DNA of 64,000 nucleotides from the NCBI RefSeq assembly GCF_037042905.1, contig NC_087254.1:10664001-10728000 (forward strand), read 5' to 3'. The stretch comes from Lytechinus pictus (taxonomy: Eukaryota). Every line of letters starts with the position of its first letter. The stretch's first letter is position 1. This document shows, one piece after another, positions 41,801 to 55,688 of the stretch. The notes beneath the pieces are model-generated. The model worked only from the letters and a program-made list of their open reading frames with translations. It ran no database searches and was not told the origin of the DNA. Made by a program: the position numbers and the translations under genes.

Positions 41801-42147
41801 TGTCTTTAATAGCCAAATGATATAAACAATATACCCTCGTCAACTCCTAGTATTAAAGGTAGCGTTTGATCAGAAATTCGTCAAACTACAGAAGTGAAAA
41901 CCAACTTCAATAATTTGACGAGTAGGACCCGTTCTCATGTTGCCTATCATATAATATAGCATTTCCTTTATTACAATGGGGTGAATTGACTTTTATCAAA
42001 GTAGAAAAATGTCTCTGACGTAATGAGAGGTATCATAATTATCTCCTACGAAACATCTCCAAGATTCGGAGACCATGCCTGCCTGATGAATTCATAACGG
42101 CGTGGCTGTAGTTTTATTGCGAAATAGTAGATTAATGCGAGTGATTA

Positions 42148-42424
42148 TCTAAATGCAAAGGAGCTAATCTTGTCCGTAATCACACTCATTTGAGAGTGGG
42201 ATGATGGACCACTCCTGGTGGAATGAGATTTCAATCTTTCAAGAGTGGATTTTTACCTGTTTTGGAGTAAAAGTGTGCATCTGTTTTACATTTTCACTCA
42301 AAAAAAAGTAAAAATTCAATCTTGAAAGATTGCAATCTCATTCCATCAAGACTGGTCCCTCATCTCACTCTGAGAGGAGTGAGATTAGGGACCACTGTCA
42401 GCTCATTTTAGCATTTAGAGAGTA
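42148..42424. mobile_element. Palindromic MITE
   Basis: TCTAAATGC..GGAATGAGATTTCAATCTTTCAAGA versus TCTTGAAAGATTGCAATCTCATTCC..GCATTTAGA inverted arms. Confidence 0.7.
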
Positions 42425-42475
42425 AAGTCCCCACGATTCTTGCCTGATCGAAGTGATTGCAACTATGACCGAATC

Positions 42476-42812
42476 ACCAGCTGAAGCACTTATAAAGACT
42501 TTGAATCTTGGACAAAGTTGAACACCGCCATCCAGACAGAACTATCTTCTTAAGAAGTGAAAGAGAGCTCTATGTCCTTGTTTTGAATTGTACACATTAC
42601 TTTATTTATGTTATGAATATATAGAATAAAATAGAATGGAAAAACATAAGCATTTTCTTTTAATTACCAGCTGAAGCACTTATAAAGACTTTGAATCTTG
42701 GACAAAGTTGAACACCGCCATTCAGACAGAACTATCTTCATGAGAAGTGAAAGAGAGCTGTATGCCCTTGTTTTGAATTGTATACATTACTTTATTTATA
42801 ATGTTATGAATG
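42476..42812 (+). repeat. Local direct duplication (about 140 bp, period about 190 bp)
   Basis: CCAGCTGAAGCACTTATAAAGACTTTGAATCTTGGACAAAGTTGAACACCGCCAT occurs twice. Confidence 0.85.
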
Positions 42813-43501
42813 AATCCTATATTTATTTTCTATATATAGATATATTCCAAAGATTTATTATATATATACACAATTTGTTCTTTTATTTGAATCCAGAAAT
42901 AAAGCAAACCAATAGGACATTAATGACAAATAATAACTTTAATAGACACAGCAAATAATGAGGATATTTATCACAGTTTTGTTGAACTACAGGGTTGTTT
43001 TTGATTAATCATGATGAGATCAAATGGAAAAACACAAGCATTTTCTTTTGATTGATATCGGAACTTGGGAAAGACAGTTTGGAAGGCTGCCAGGACTCCC
43101 AGGTTTTCCTTTTCCAACTAAAGATCCCCGATCCATTGACGAGATAGCACGTACTCTACTAGTCCCGGGTGGAATGAATCATCGAGGTCATTTCTTGAAT
43201 TAATTCGCTACCAATCTCTTTTATGAAGTATAGAATAACAAATCGAAGAAGAAAAAAATCAAAATAAACACAACTTTATTTATAAACGACCAGAATACGG
43301 TATATGATTCCGGATTGTGACGTAGAGGATTGCAAATGAACTCACCACGGATATGTGTGGGTGTTTCATAAAGTTCTTTGCACGCTTAGTATGCGGAAAC
43401 ACGCCCTACATTTGTCCTGTTTTTAATTTACTATAATCCAGACATGGGCTTCTAACAACCTTTTTACACATGACAAACTTTGCTTTCAAATACTTGTTTA
43501 A

Positions 43502-44094
43502 AGGACAAGTCCACCCCAGCAAAAAGTTGATTTGAATAATAAGAGAAGCATAACACCGAAAATTTCATCAAAATCGGATGTAAAATAAGAAAGTTATGAC
43601 ATTTTAAAGTTTCGCTTAATTTCACAAAACAGTTATATGCACATCCTGTTCGGTATGCAAATGAGGAAACTGATGACATCACTCACTCACTATTTCTTTT
43701 GTATTTTATTATATGAAATATGAATTATTCTAATTTTCTCCACATTGTCCGGTGAGACAAAGTTTTAATCCTCCCTGAACATGTGGTATTACCGTTGTTA
43801 TAACATCTTACGGCTCAGTTAAGTTGGTCCTTAATGTCAAATTGGTGAAAATTGAAATATTGTATAATTCAAACAATAAAAAACAAAAGAAATAGTGAGT
43901 GATGGACATCATCGACTCTCTCATTTGCATGTCACTGAGTTGTGCATATAACTGTTTTGTGAAAAATAAGCGAAACTTTAAAATGTCATAACTTTCTTAT
44001 TTTACATCCGATTTTGATGAAATTTTCAGCACTATACTAGTTTGATTTTTCTCTATTTATTCAAGTCATAATTTTCCTGGGGTGGACTTGACCT
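43502..44094. mobile_element. T2/Kolobok-type MITE, family A copy 5
   Basis: TTAA|AGGACAAGTCCACCCC ... GGGGTGGACTTGACCT|TTAA. Confidence 0.9.
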
Positions 44095-44690
44095 TTAAAG
44101 ACGAGAATCTGAACTGGCACCTAGGGAAAGTTCACCAGTTGTGCGTTAAGTCGTGCTAAACCTACGAACGGCTTTATCAATAACAACACCCAGGTTTTTA
44201 TTTCTGTTTTAGCTCGTTGCCGAGAATTTCCTGCCACACCCAGGTCTTACCTGGACCCATACGGGATACCCATGCCATACCCCTCACACACCTTCATTAC
44301 ACCCATAACACACCCCGTCTTACCCCTCACCGTTCCCAATCCTAATTCGGCAAACACCCCCGTGGCGATTTATTCCCCCCCCCGTCAGTACTTACGTACC
44401 CTATATAAGCGAGAGGGCAGTATCCCGTAGCCAGAACATGTTCACGAACAAGCCGTAGGGAATGACGATATACAGTAATAGAAAATAAATGGTGACACGT
44501 CAGGATGCGGCGTAATTTCCGACCCAACGTTCAGCTCGATAGGTGTGGTTCGGTCAGTTAGAAAATCCTTCAGTCGAGTTCATTGACGCAGGTTCGAATC
44601 TCACCTAGAACCATTTTTCAAAGAATCGTCTAAATTAAAAATTGAGGTAAGACTGAAAAAAAGTCCAGGAATTTGCAGTCTGGTTTCCTT

Positions 44691-45477
44691 GGCCCGTATT
44701 CTGAAGTCGGGTTTAACTTAGACCATGGTCTAACTCTGTGCTAAAATTATGGGAAGCCAAAAATTCAAAAATTACGTTTATATATTTATATATTATATAT
44801 TTTCTGTTTATATATATTTTTTATGATTACTATTTTGTTTCATTTTGCTTTCATATGAAGAGAAATCCTTCAGTTATCATTCCCAGACAATAAGCCTGTT
44901 CACGGTTGTAAACTGCGCACGAGCAGAAAAAGGTCATTGGAGACAACCATGAAGGTGGCTTTCAAATTCACTGACATAGGCATTTGTGATTTGATGATTA
45001 TTCATGTATTCCTTTCAAAATATTTATCACATCCAAGCTGAAGAGTAATAAATAGAGCCTTCATAATCACTGGTATTTGACAGTAGCCTAAACAATAGTC
45101 AAATGTGTCAAAGGCAGACAATAAAACAGATTTCCAAACTTTATCCCTGATGTACTATTCTAGTCACCTGGTCTATACAATGCCTTTTGTTCTCAGAATT
45201 TGAATACTCTACCGGTAAAGCTTACGCAACATCTACATTACGCAACATCTACATTTGAAAATGATAGTGCTTATCTTAATGAAAAATCACAAAGGTAATT
45301 GGAGAAAAGTTGATCATGAGCTAACCGTGAACTGGCTTATTATGAACAATTTGAGTGTCAAATGGGTTAATAAATTGGATGTGTACTGTTAATGATTTGT
45401 GCCCCAATTGGCTCTCCATACTTAAATCACAACTATAAACCAGGGTTTGATTTAAACCCGAGTTCAGAATACGGGCC
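44691..45477. mobile_element. TIR element (GGCCCGTATTCTGAA termini) with a second TIR element nested at about 44891-45339
   Basis: Outer ends GGCCCGTATTCTGAAGTCGGGTTTAA / TTAAACCCGAGTTCAGAATACGGGCC; inner ends TAAGCCTGTTCACGGTT / AACCGTGAACTGGCTTA. Confidence 0.75.
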
Positions 45478-48400
45478 AAAGTCTCCAAACATCCCTCTCG
45501 TGTCGGGTGCACAAGTACTGACCGAAAAAAAATCCATCGCACCCTTGTTGCTCATGTAAAGAATAAATACAACTGACTGAGTTCTTATTTGATTTGGATA
45601 ATAAAAAAATGCATGTATTTTTAGTATTACGGGTAATTCGATCCAGGTGAAACTGTTACTTGTTATTTTGATCTTCCAGTAATAGAGTTTGATAAATATA
45701 AACATAACATGAAGGAAACCAAGTGCTTCAGTTGGAGACGTGATGTTATGCCACCATCGGAGTTGAGTTCGAACCAGGTCGGGTCGGCAATTAATATCAG
45801 TCAGTGTCCGGGCCAAATTGGACGTAAATAGTAACTGTTTTGGGGATTGAAGTTCTTGATAAGCAGTTCGGGCCATAGATGAGGATGAAACATCCTAAGG
45901 ATTAAAAGAATGCAACCTCGATATTTATGAAAACATTTGAACTGTTGCGGTGATATTTTTGAACGTTTTCAGAGTGGAACATATGTATCACCATGAGGTA
46001 ATCTTGGACGGGACTGTTTGTAATCTTCTGGAGTAGAACTCTTGACCATCTTCCGACCAGTGAACTCTTGTCTTTGGCAGGATGGTGGTTTAAAAAGTAA
46101 CGTTTGAATGTTAAAAAAAAAACGTTTATGATTTCAAAATAACATACGAGATTAACAGCTGTCCTGGCATGTATCACAAGTCATACGGAGTTTCCACAAC
46201 CACTTCGCAGACGCTTTCCGGAACGTTAAAAATCTACTGTCAAAAGCCCTTCATGACAAAGCAGCCTCTGTCGATTTCAAATCAGTGAATCAAAAGAGCG
46301 GTGTTGTCTTGGACTCTAGACATCTGCAATTTTTCGTCAGCTCCGAATCTTACGACGATCCGCTGCCCCACTTCACCAGTTTTCGACAAAGACCTCTCAG
46401 CTGTTCATTGTGATTCGACGGGTATTTTCAAGAGATTTTCTATGTTGTAGAATCCGTCCCCATCGCGAAGGGAGAACTCGCTATTAGCGCATTAAATGAT
46501 AAAGGCAAGTTTATAATCTAACCATACACTGGTTAAATTATCGTATGGTCATTTGGTGCGCCTGTCATTAGTCTCATGCCCAGACAGTCTAATTTCCACT
46601 TCGTATTCTTATTATTTACCAGGTTTGTCTAATTAAAATCTGGTTCATAAACGGTTCATGTAATAATATGGTTTAAGTTATGTCAGACCAAGTGGCTATT
46701 AAACGAAGTGAATGATTAAACAAAATGGTTATTAGGCTCAAAGGAAATATGACCAAAGAGTAGATTTCAAGCGGGTCTGTATTACAAGACTACATTGCTT
46801 AGAATGTTGCATCATGGGTTAGAAATCTGGCCAGAATTGAGAACTTGAGGTGGTGCGGTGCAAAGCTGCTGGTTCGTATTTGCTTTAAGTTTGACGAAGT
46901 GGGAATCCCCCTTTCTTCGAAGCGATCACTGCCCATGACTTTCTTTTGAAATAATGCCAAAACAAGACAAAGATGTGTTGTAATGATTATTGAAGATACA
47001 TATTTTCCTAAAGCTCAAGAGAAAACAAGGATTATTTCTCGCCAAGAGCTCTCATATTTCTAAGAAACGAATCAAATGTGTGAGAAATAATTGTCCTTAT
47101 TCTGTTGCTATTGAGGTTGTTTAGGTACAGACGGAATAGAAAATACCCGGCCAAATGAAACCAATTGGCAGAAGATATTAATTAGAATGAAACTACCAGA
47201 AGATAGGGGCGAAATAACGTTTAAAATTTGTACCTGTCAAAATCCTCAGTTGCGATTGAAAAAAAATGTAGGTATGATATGAGTTTTAATGATGTCAATC
47301 ACACAATCTACCATCCCCTCTCTCATACCCCTTCTACATTTCTTCCTTAATCACATTCAATCGAAATTATATATGCCCTTTTTAGATTGATATTACATCT
47401 GTGGCAATATACGGTATATATATATATATATATATATTGAATTATATATGACCCAGACATGAACTCGTGCATTCACGTTCACATAATATCTATTTTCATG
47501 TCTCTCAATGAACATAACACATAAGTTCTAAATCAACTCTTGCTTCCTGTCAATCATTAAAATCGAAGTCGTGGCACACTACAAAAAGAGGCTGCAGAAG
47601 CGTACGCAGTGGGGGGGGGGGGGGGGTACAGGGGTTCGACCCTCCCCCCCCCCTTAATTTTGAAACCTTTTTTTTTTCTTGCCCAAAATTTTTGGGTACG
47701 AAATGACCACTTTTGAGTGAAGACCTTTTTCTTTTCTTTTCTTTTTTTTGCTTGTCAACTTTTCAATCAGAAAATCAAAAATCCTGCGTACGCTACTGAG
47801 AGGCTGCCCTATACGACCCTGTCATTTTCTCCATTTAAGTATATCCATAGCGTTTGTAGGGAGAGAAAATGGCAGGTGGAGCAAAATTTCTATAAAAGAA
47901 AAGTCGCGATCGAGCGCCAAACTTGAATCGTTTGAATTCCAATCTAATTTGTGACAGATTTTGACATTATTTTCAGTCCTAAATATTCTAAATTCACTTC
48001 TCCCTTATTTCTTTCATTTTCTTCTTCTTTTTGGTTTTCATTCTTAGTCGTGGCAATTATTCATCCATCCATGGAGGGAGCCCCCAATGTCCCACAGGTG
48101 TACAGTAGGGGGGGGGGGCTCGGGAGGCATGTACCCCCTAAAAAATCAAAACGGGGACAAAATAGATAAAATGAAATACGAGAAGAAAAAGCATGATAGC
48201 ATTTTCTGAATATGGCAAAAAAAGCTATTTGATTTGTTTCTTTTAAAAAGGTCAAATACTTAACTTCCTCGCTTCGCTCGCTTAGCAGCTTTTCTAGAAT
48301 TGTTGTCCCATACGCCAAACTTGGCCGCTTCATTTTTTGTTGGCTCATTGCCCCACTGCCAAGCCCTTCTTTTATTCGTATAATCTTATATTATCGCCAA

Positions 48401-51140
48401 ATACACCATTAGTGGAAAGCCGTGTAGATGTTCCCTGCGGGAATAAACTTCCATGAAAAACATAATTTCGCCATCTAAAATCATGTTCTAATCGAGTAAG
48501 CCGCAGACATTGATGAATACAGAACATCAAGGTGACCTTCAACGAAGGGATTCTTTCTCCACACAATACCAACATTGTCATGACATATTGCTTTTCCTCG
48601 TCTAATTATGCTCTTTTTAAGGAAGGGAACAGGGAGAAGAGAGGTATTATTCACTACAATCCTTTTAAAAAGGAACTTGGCTCGAACTTTGTTCACACGA
48701 CTTTTATTGATTTTTTCTGGACAGATCCTTCCTTATCTTTCTCCCAGAAAAACGAAACATTCCAATAATTGACGGCATGCCAATATGATGGCATTATTTC
48801 TTTTATAAAATAAAGAAAAGAACGATACCTCGTGGTGGTCGATTCGGTCCATTTATTTGGGAAGTCGCCCAAGTCTCGTAAACTCCTTCGAGGGTTCATG
48901 GACCAAATAGTGAATAAATCGAGTTTTTTTTTATTTCTAGTTCAACCGGAATTGGTTTTAATAAAAGGAGAAAATTGTGAGAAATATATCAATGTTTTCA
49001 AAAAAGGATTTGAGAAAATCCAACAAAGAATCAGTTATGAATGTCTACAGTTTAGTCTTTGACGTCACATGCGACAGTGTCATGTGATATTAAAGTAGAG
49101 CGCTATTTTTCTTTTATAAAAAAAAGGACAGAAAGAAAATCATTTTTACCTGTGAGTGTATGAAAAAAAAATATAAAAGGAAACATTATTGCATACCCGC
49201 TTCTTCGATCAAATCCACAGCACGAACCACTTGAAAATATCAGTTTATGTAAATCATATGTATCTGTGGGAGTCTCGCATGTGGCGTCACAATGTAATAA
49301 CTTCAAAAACTCATAACTGTATTATAATAGTTCTTTAAAGGACTTTGCCCGTAACGTTTCATCTAACATCATGTGTAAGGTGATGACATCCTGTAAAATC
49401 AAAGCTGGCATGAAAAGAAGACGAAGAAAACAAAATCCTACAATCCTAAAGTACAAAAACGAACCACAAACCAATTATTATTACCATAATATCACTGAGC
49501 GGAAGTTCAATAGAAAAAACTATTCCACACGTTGAAAATTGTTTTCTTTGTCTACCCCCCCCCCCCCCCCGATCATTCTCAATGTTGAGTCATGAAAGCA
49601 TGGCAACCCAAAAAAAGGAGCGAAATATAAGTCAGATCCTGGAATATTGATAGCAGACTCCCCTTCTCCATCATTCTTGTTTTAAACAGTTTTGGAGCAT
49701 ACTGACAACCAACTACAAGGATGTCTGGGAGCATTCCATGGAACATATAGTCAGTGATGTGTTGTTATAAGCTACAGAAAGCCTTGCATCTGATTGGCTC
49801 AGAGCAATCTTGCCGTCGGGATGACGCCGACTATAACGTTTCACGGAACATTCCCCGGGAGTAGCACGCTATGAATACAAACATTATCTGTAACAGCCCA
49901 AATATTGACATACTGGATTCATGTCGGCTTTCAACTACCTCATGACCTCTGACCTTTCAAGAGTGACCCAGAAAGAAAGTAGAGTTCACCTCCTTGCTGA
50001 TTCTTGGGTTCATAATTGGTAGGTTATGGAATAATGTTGTCACCCCGACCTGTTTCTCTCTGTCGTACTATTTTAAAGCCAGATGATCGAGTTATATAGC
50101 GGGAGCCTGATAACATCTCTATTTACAGATAACTTTATAAAACAAATTTGTATAATCTACTAGGACGGCGGTGAAGTTGAACATGCAATATACCTAAACC
50201 AGACGACGAATGTGTCTTGAATGATTCCTTCGTCAGATATGAAGGCCAAGATAAACGACACGACCCACTTTAAGAAACGGTCACAAAAGTTCGAACGAAC
50301 AGTGAGATTCATACGAATATCATTGTTGTACCAATTCTGGAATTCGTAAAGATTCGTACATGGGGCATATATTCTTGCGGCCTTATGAACAACGTAAGAC
50401 CATATTGAGAAGGAAATGACCCTATAATTCGTACGTTTTTCGAAAGAAAGCTTTGATTATTCTTTCTGTCATACGGCCGTCTTACGATTTCTGTCCTTGA
50501 AATATGGTCGTACATGCAACTCAAGGAAATCTCAACTCATTCGCTTGTAGATTTTACTGAACAGTAGCGCAAATTGTGTACTTACGCCTAACGAGTCCAT
50601 ACGAACACCTTACAAACGCCAAGCGTCATTCGTAAGATCGCTGTACGATTTTCCGTTTGTAAGGCGTTCTCAAGAACGCTAGAAGAACCCTTTATAATGA
50701 ACTTAAGGCGTTCTTTCTTCTTGAATGGTTCTTGCGATGTTCTTACGACGTTTGTAGGGCCGCCATAAGAAGAGAGGGTTTCGTATGATGTAAAAAAAAA
50801 TATTGGGCAAGATCATCCACCAAGCTGCTTACAAACGGTCTGCAAACGCTGCTTCGTACGGCCTTCTTGATACGATCTTACAAAATGGACCACAGTTCGT
50901 TCTTACGACGTTCTACGAACTGCGTCTACGAACTGCCCTAACATTATCAAGGATACCATGGCATAATAACTCAAAAAGTGCAGATTCAGAGTCCCGTACT
51001 ATAGCAATCGATAACTAATCCAGAAGTTATTGACATATTTTTCAAAACCTGTCAAGATTGTTGTCGAAAACCTCCAAGGGATTAATATAAAAGGTTTATA
51101 TCATACTTGTGAGAGGTAAAAAAAAATTGAATTTACTTAC

Positions 51141-51253
51141 CCATTAAGAAATCAAAGATGGACATATCCATAAGATCCAGTAGTCTCCTACCACTGTTAT
51201 ACGGGTGTTTGTTCATTACAATACGATGACAGTAAGAAGGGTCTTGCTCCCAA
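51141..51253 (-). CDS. FAM20C: FAM20C exon (113 bp) [38 protein letters not shown]
   Basis: GT-AG flanks, in frame, FAM20 RLLD.MD..IFDFLMG motif. Confidence 0.95.
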
Positions 51254-51459
51254 CTGCAAACAATCATCAAAAACGGAAAAGTCATTCAGAATGAGAAATT
51301 AAATAACAAAATATGGAATAATATAGTAATAGTAGTAGTACTGATACTAATAGGTGAATACCTGAATACGTAGCCTAGCTTAGCCGGGGTAATAACAATA
51401 GCAGGGCCCGCTGGGAGAACAGTTTTCGGAACTGAAGTGGCTACCCTGGGTAAATATAC

Positions 51460-51460
<1 letters not shown>

Positions 51461-51510
<50 letters not shown>

Positions 51511-51626
51511 TATTATTATTATTATAGTAGTAGTAGTAACAACAGCAATAATACTGTAATAATATAATAATAATAACAATAACAACAATAATAATAATAA
51601 TAATGATAAATAATAATAATGATAAT
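51461..51626. repeat. (ATT)n / (AAT)n microsatellite
   Basis: Directly visible. Confidence 0.95.
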
Positions 51627-51734
51627 ACCACATGATTAATGAGTGAAAGAAATTGCAACACATGGAAATTTTTCGGAAAATCCCGAAACGCGGAATAATA
51701 CTTTTTGCTACAATGACGAATTAATAGATAAGGA

Positions 51735-52093
51735 AGAGCCGTGGTGTAGTGGTTCTGACTCTCGCCTTGTAAACAGAGGGTCGTGTGTTCGAATCCCACC
51801 GCGGTCTAGCGTCCTTTGGCAAGGCGTTATTCCACACTTTGCCACTCTCGACCCAGGTGCTAAATGGGTACCCGGTAGGATGCGAAAGATATTGTATGTT
51901 TGAATTTGCCAGCGCCATAATGAGGCTGCGATGAATGCAAGGAATGCTCCCCAGGGAGTGGAAATTGTGCACTTTTCGTGCGGGATTGAAATGAATCCAA
52001 TGACCGGGGTAATAATAAGCTGTAACGCGCTTTGAGCCATTCTGGGAAAAGCGCTATATAAAAATTGGCTATTATTACTATTATTATTATTAT
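51735..52093 (+). mobile_element. tRNA-derived SINE, full length
   Basis: A box GTGGTGTAGTGG, B box GTTCGAATCCC, central CTCGACCCAGGTG.TAAATGGGTACC core, and AGCGCTATATAA tail followed by (ATT)n. Confidence 0.85.
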
Positions 52094-54124
52094 AAGGAAG
52101 CGAGAAAAGAAAGAGAGAAAGATGGATAAGTAAGCGAATACAGAAAGAGAGGAAGGTATAAAGAAAGAGACAAAATGAAAGAAGTAAGGGATGGACTAGA
52201 TAACATATCAAAGCAAAATGGTTTCAAGTAAGCAGCTTGTTTTTTTTTTTAAGAGCGAATTATCTTAATTCACAGTCAGGGAAATTCCCTTTCAGAGCCT
52301 GCCAATATTCAACCTTCGAATGTCACCATCAAAATTCATAATAAATATCAGAAACGTGCTTTAACATTAATTTTGCCTATGAACATGATGCTGAATTATT
52401 ATCATCCGTCCGGGACATTTCGACCACGGTATTCTGTCTCCTCACGAAAGTGATAAATAATTGTATTTCAGGGGAAGAAGTTCCTCACAATTAGTATCAC
52501 TCAATACGACAGTAGCGTTTTGTTTCCCTTAATTATCTCCTTCATTTCATATTCTGAGAAAATCGAATCTTCTTCAACAAGTTATCAAGGTAACTGAAGT
52601 CACGAAGTTATTCAATCAACATTCGGAGGGCAAAAGAAAGAAAAAAATCTCTCAATAGAGGGCGCCGATCTACAAATAAATTTGGTCAAATTGCGTCGAT
52701 TGCGATTCCCCCATCAGTCTCCTAGTTTGACTGTTTATCGATTGCATTTTTTTTCTTCAAATAATTATCCAAATAACCATTTAACCAATATGCCTACTGA
52801 TAATGAATTAAATTTTCAAATTGTAAATATTACAGTATGTGACAAAGAAAATTATGCTCTTAGAAAACCTTTAGAATAGTCTGAATACCAATGAAATAGG
52901 GTCTACTTAGGGTAACATTTCACTGTAGGTCAAATAATTATGATCTTGAAACGGCTAACATACAATCTAGAAAAAAAAGGGTCGTAATGACCACATTCCG
53001 TTGCATTTCTTAAAGAACCTTTTTATCGCTAGCAAATACATTTCCGGATGAAATCTGACGCCAAATTCTACTACATTGTTCATTAGCTTTGAAATGAATG
53101 AATTTTGTAACACTTGGTTATTTTATTTCCTAGTTCAGAGTAATATACGCATACATAGAAAATGAAGAGAATATAATCAACCCATGTTACAGTCGGTCAA
53201 GCTGGTCAATTGGGGGAGGGGTACAAGGTGGGGGGGGGGAGTACAAGGGGCATGCCATTTATGCCCAAAGTGTACTCTGCGCCTCCTCATTTTAAATCTA
53301 CTTTCTGGGTTCCCTTTTTATGGAATCCTGCATCTGCTCCTGCGCATGCATTTGGTTTTTTAAACAAGGTGGTTCACAAACTACCAGTCATGCCTGATTT
53401 TGCGATGAATATGCAATATGATCTTATGACCCCTAGATGACCTTTTACTTTATCATCGTTATGAACACACGCAGAGTATTAGCCAATGATTACTTGTACC
53501 AAGTGTAAACACAATTAATGCAGAAATATAGAAATGAAAAGCAATCTGAACAAAACCTTGACCTTTTGACCCTAGATGACCTTTGACCGTATTAACCTCA
53601 CAAACACGATTGTGTACTACCAAAGGATCAGATGTACCAAGTGTAAACATAATTAGACCCCATCCTCCTCAACAACTAAAATATGGTATTACCCAAGGAT
53701 AAATTGAACCAAGTGTGATCAAAATTGATGTAGTTGCACAAAAAGTTCAAAGAAGGATGGACGTGACCTCATATCATTTGACCTTTTGACTCTAGATGAC
53801 CTTTGACCCCATCATCCTGATGGACACACATGTGGAATTACTTAAGGAATAACAGCTTAAAGTTTTATTCTTATTATCAAGGATATGCCTGATCATAACA
53901 CCCACATGTCATCTATAATATAAAATCCTTTATCATTCCCTGAATATGTGGGTGTGTGTGAAGGTGTGTGTGTGATGTGTGTATTACTTTGCCCCTAGTT
54001 GACCAGGCAGGGCCAGTGAGGGGCACGCATGCATGCACATCGTTCTGATATGATTGCAATTATAATTCAGGGTAGCTGTGCTGTGCTAAAACCAAGGTAA
54101 TATTAAATTGTGCTTGGAAACATT

Positions 54125-54703
54125 AGGAAACCAAAACCCAAGAAGAGAAGCAATCTTATTGGAAAAAGTAAAACAAGAGGAACAATTCAAAAAAAGTTTC
54201 ATCAAAATCGGTAGTGAAATAGGCAAGTTATGGACATTCAAAAAGTCTTGTTGTACTTTCTATGGGGATCCTCAAATTGGCAAACATGCTTAAAAATGGC
54301 TGATTTTGTGGACAACCCTCCATTTGTTTTGTATACAATTTTTCAGATTTTCCCTATTATCTTTAAAATTGCACATTGCCTCATTCTGAGCATAACATAT
54401 GTCATGGGAAAATATAATCCACACCACATATATCAAGGTCAGGATGAGATGATGTGAAATATGTAAAATCAAGGGGAAAATCTAAAAATTTGTGTACAAA
54501 ACAAATGGAGAGTTGTCCACAAAACCCAGCCATTTTGAAGTATGTTTGCCAATTTGAGGATCCCCATAGAAAGTACAACAAGATTTTCAAACGTCCATAA
54601 CCTGCCTATTTCATAACCGATTTTGATGAAACTTGTTTTAAATTGTTCCTCTTGTTTTACTTTTTCAATTGAGATTGCCTCTCTTCTTGTGTTTTGTTTT
54701 CCT
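54125..54703. mobile_element. T2/Kolobok-type MITE, related family, near-palindromic
   Basis: AGGAAACCAAAACCCAAGAAGAGA ... TCTCTTCTTGTGTTTTGTTTTCCT|TTAA with inverted arms of over 200 bp. Confidence 0.85.
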
Positions 54704-54938
54704 TTAAGAGCTATATAAATGTTGCATATTATTAGTATTATAAATATTTTCTCTTTTTTGTCTTTACTGCGCCATGAGTATCCATCTACTGGTTGGCTCA
54801 TGACAAAAATGCTCATATCATAAATATATCTTTCCGGGTGGTTACAACAAAAAACAGATAGACATGTAATTTTCAAGGTGTATAAACAACATCTCCATTT
54901 TCAGTATAGAATTGGTGAAGCTGTTATCTAATACTCAC

Positions 54939-55119
54939 ACGGCTGTTCTGTGTTTACTGTACGATCTCCTCCACGGATGTCGCCACGTTTTTCTAGGAGC
55001 TGCTTTGAATGAAGGCAGGAAGGCAGCTACCGATCCTTCGATCATGTCAGGCTTACCGCAAACTGCAGTCTCGGTCTCGCAGTAGTAGGAACAATGGCCC
55101 ACGAAACACACATTGTTAG
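54939..55119 (-). CDS. FAM20C: FAM20C exon (181 bp) [61 protein letters not shown]
   Basis: GT-AG flanks; Cys-rich insertion domain and WR.PWRRSY motif typical of FAM20C. Confidence 0.97.
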
Positions 55120-55575
55120 CTGAGGAAATCAAGAAAAGGTAGAACATGGAAGTAGCAACAAAGAAGTTGAGTGATTTTCCATAATGACAGTGAGAATCAA
55201 ACTTCCAGAAACAGAGGGGTAATAGCCTAAAATTGTTCTATGTCCTTTGCTCCTGCGACAACAGATCCATGTTCCTACTAAAGTCACACACATTAAGCCA
55301 ACCATAAACCACAGCTTCAAACCTTGATATCCAAATACAGTGCATCAAAAAGCTTTTTCTAAAATTAAGTGCACTTAGATAGATCTCAGAAGCACTGCTC
55401 CTGTACTTAACTGTTCATGTTGAATAATTGTATATAATTATTAATCTACATATCTTTATCATATGTTTGTATTAAACGATGTGAAAAAAACGAGGATAAC
55501 TTCTATACTGTGAAATTTACAACTTTTCATTGTCAACTTGCATTAGAGAAAAGAAACACATCAATGGATTGTTAC

Positions 55576-55688
55576 CTGGTGATCTAAAAAACGTTTTTCT
55601 AAATGCTGGATCTGCTAACTCAAATAGATCCTTGGTAATGTTGAACCATCTACCGGCGACAGGGGGCGCTCTTCTAAAATCTAAAACT
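55576..55688 (-). CDS. FAM20C: FAM20C exon (113 bp) VLDFRRAPPVAGRWFNITKDLFELADPAFRKTFFRSP
   Basis: GT-AG flanks; LDFRR.PPVAGR and TFF.SPA motifs. Confidence 0.95.

Noticed and set aside
45433-46177. Possible nested gene in the 16.7-kb FAM20C intron
   Set aside because: Frames are interrupted by stops, partly overlap a MITE, and show no recognisable domain or consistent splice structure.
51735-51810. tRNA genes here and at about 4165-4241, 5670-5745, 16710-16795 and 44525-44612
   Set aside because: A and B boxes are present, but the stems are imperfect and several continue into shared SINE bodies and tails.
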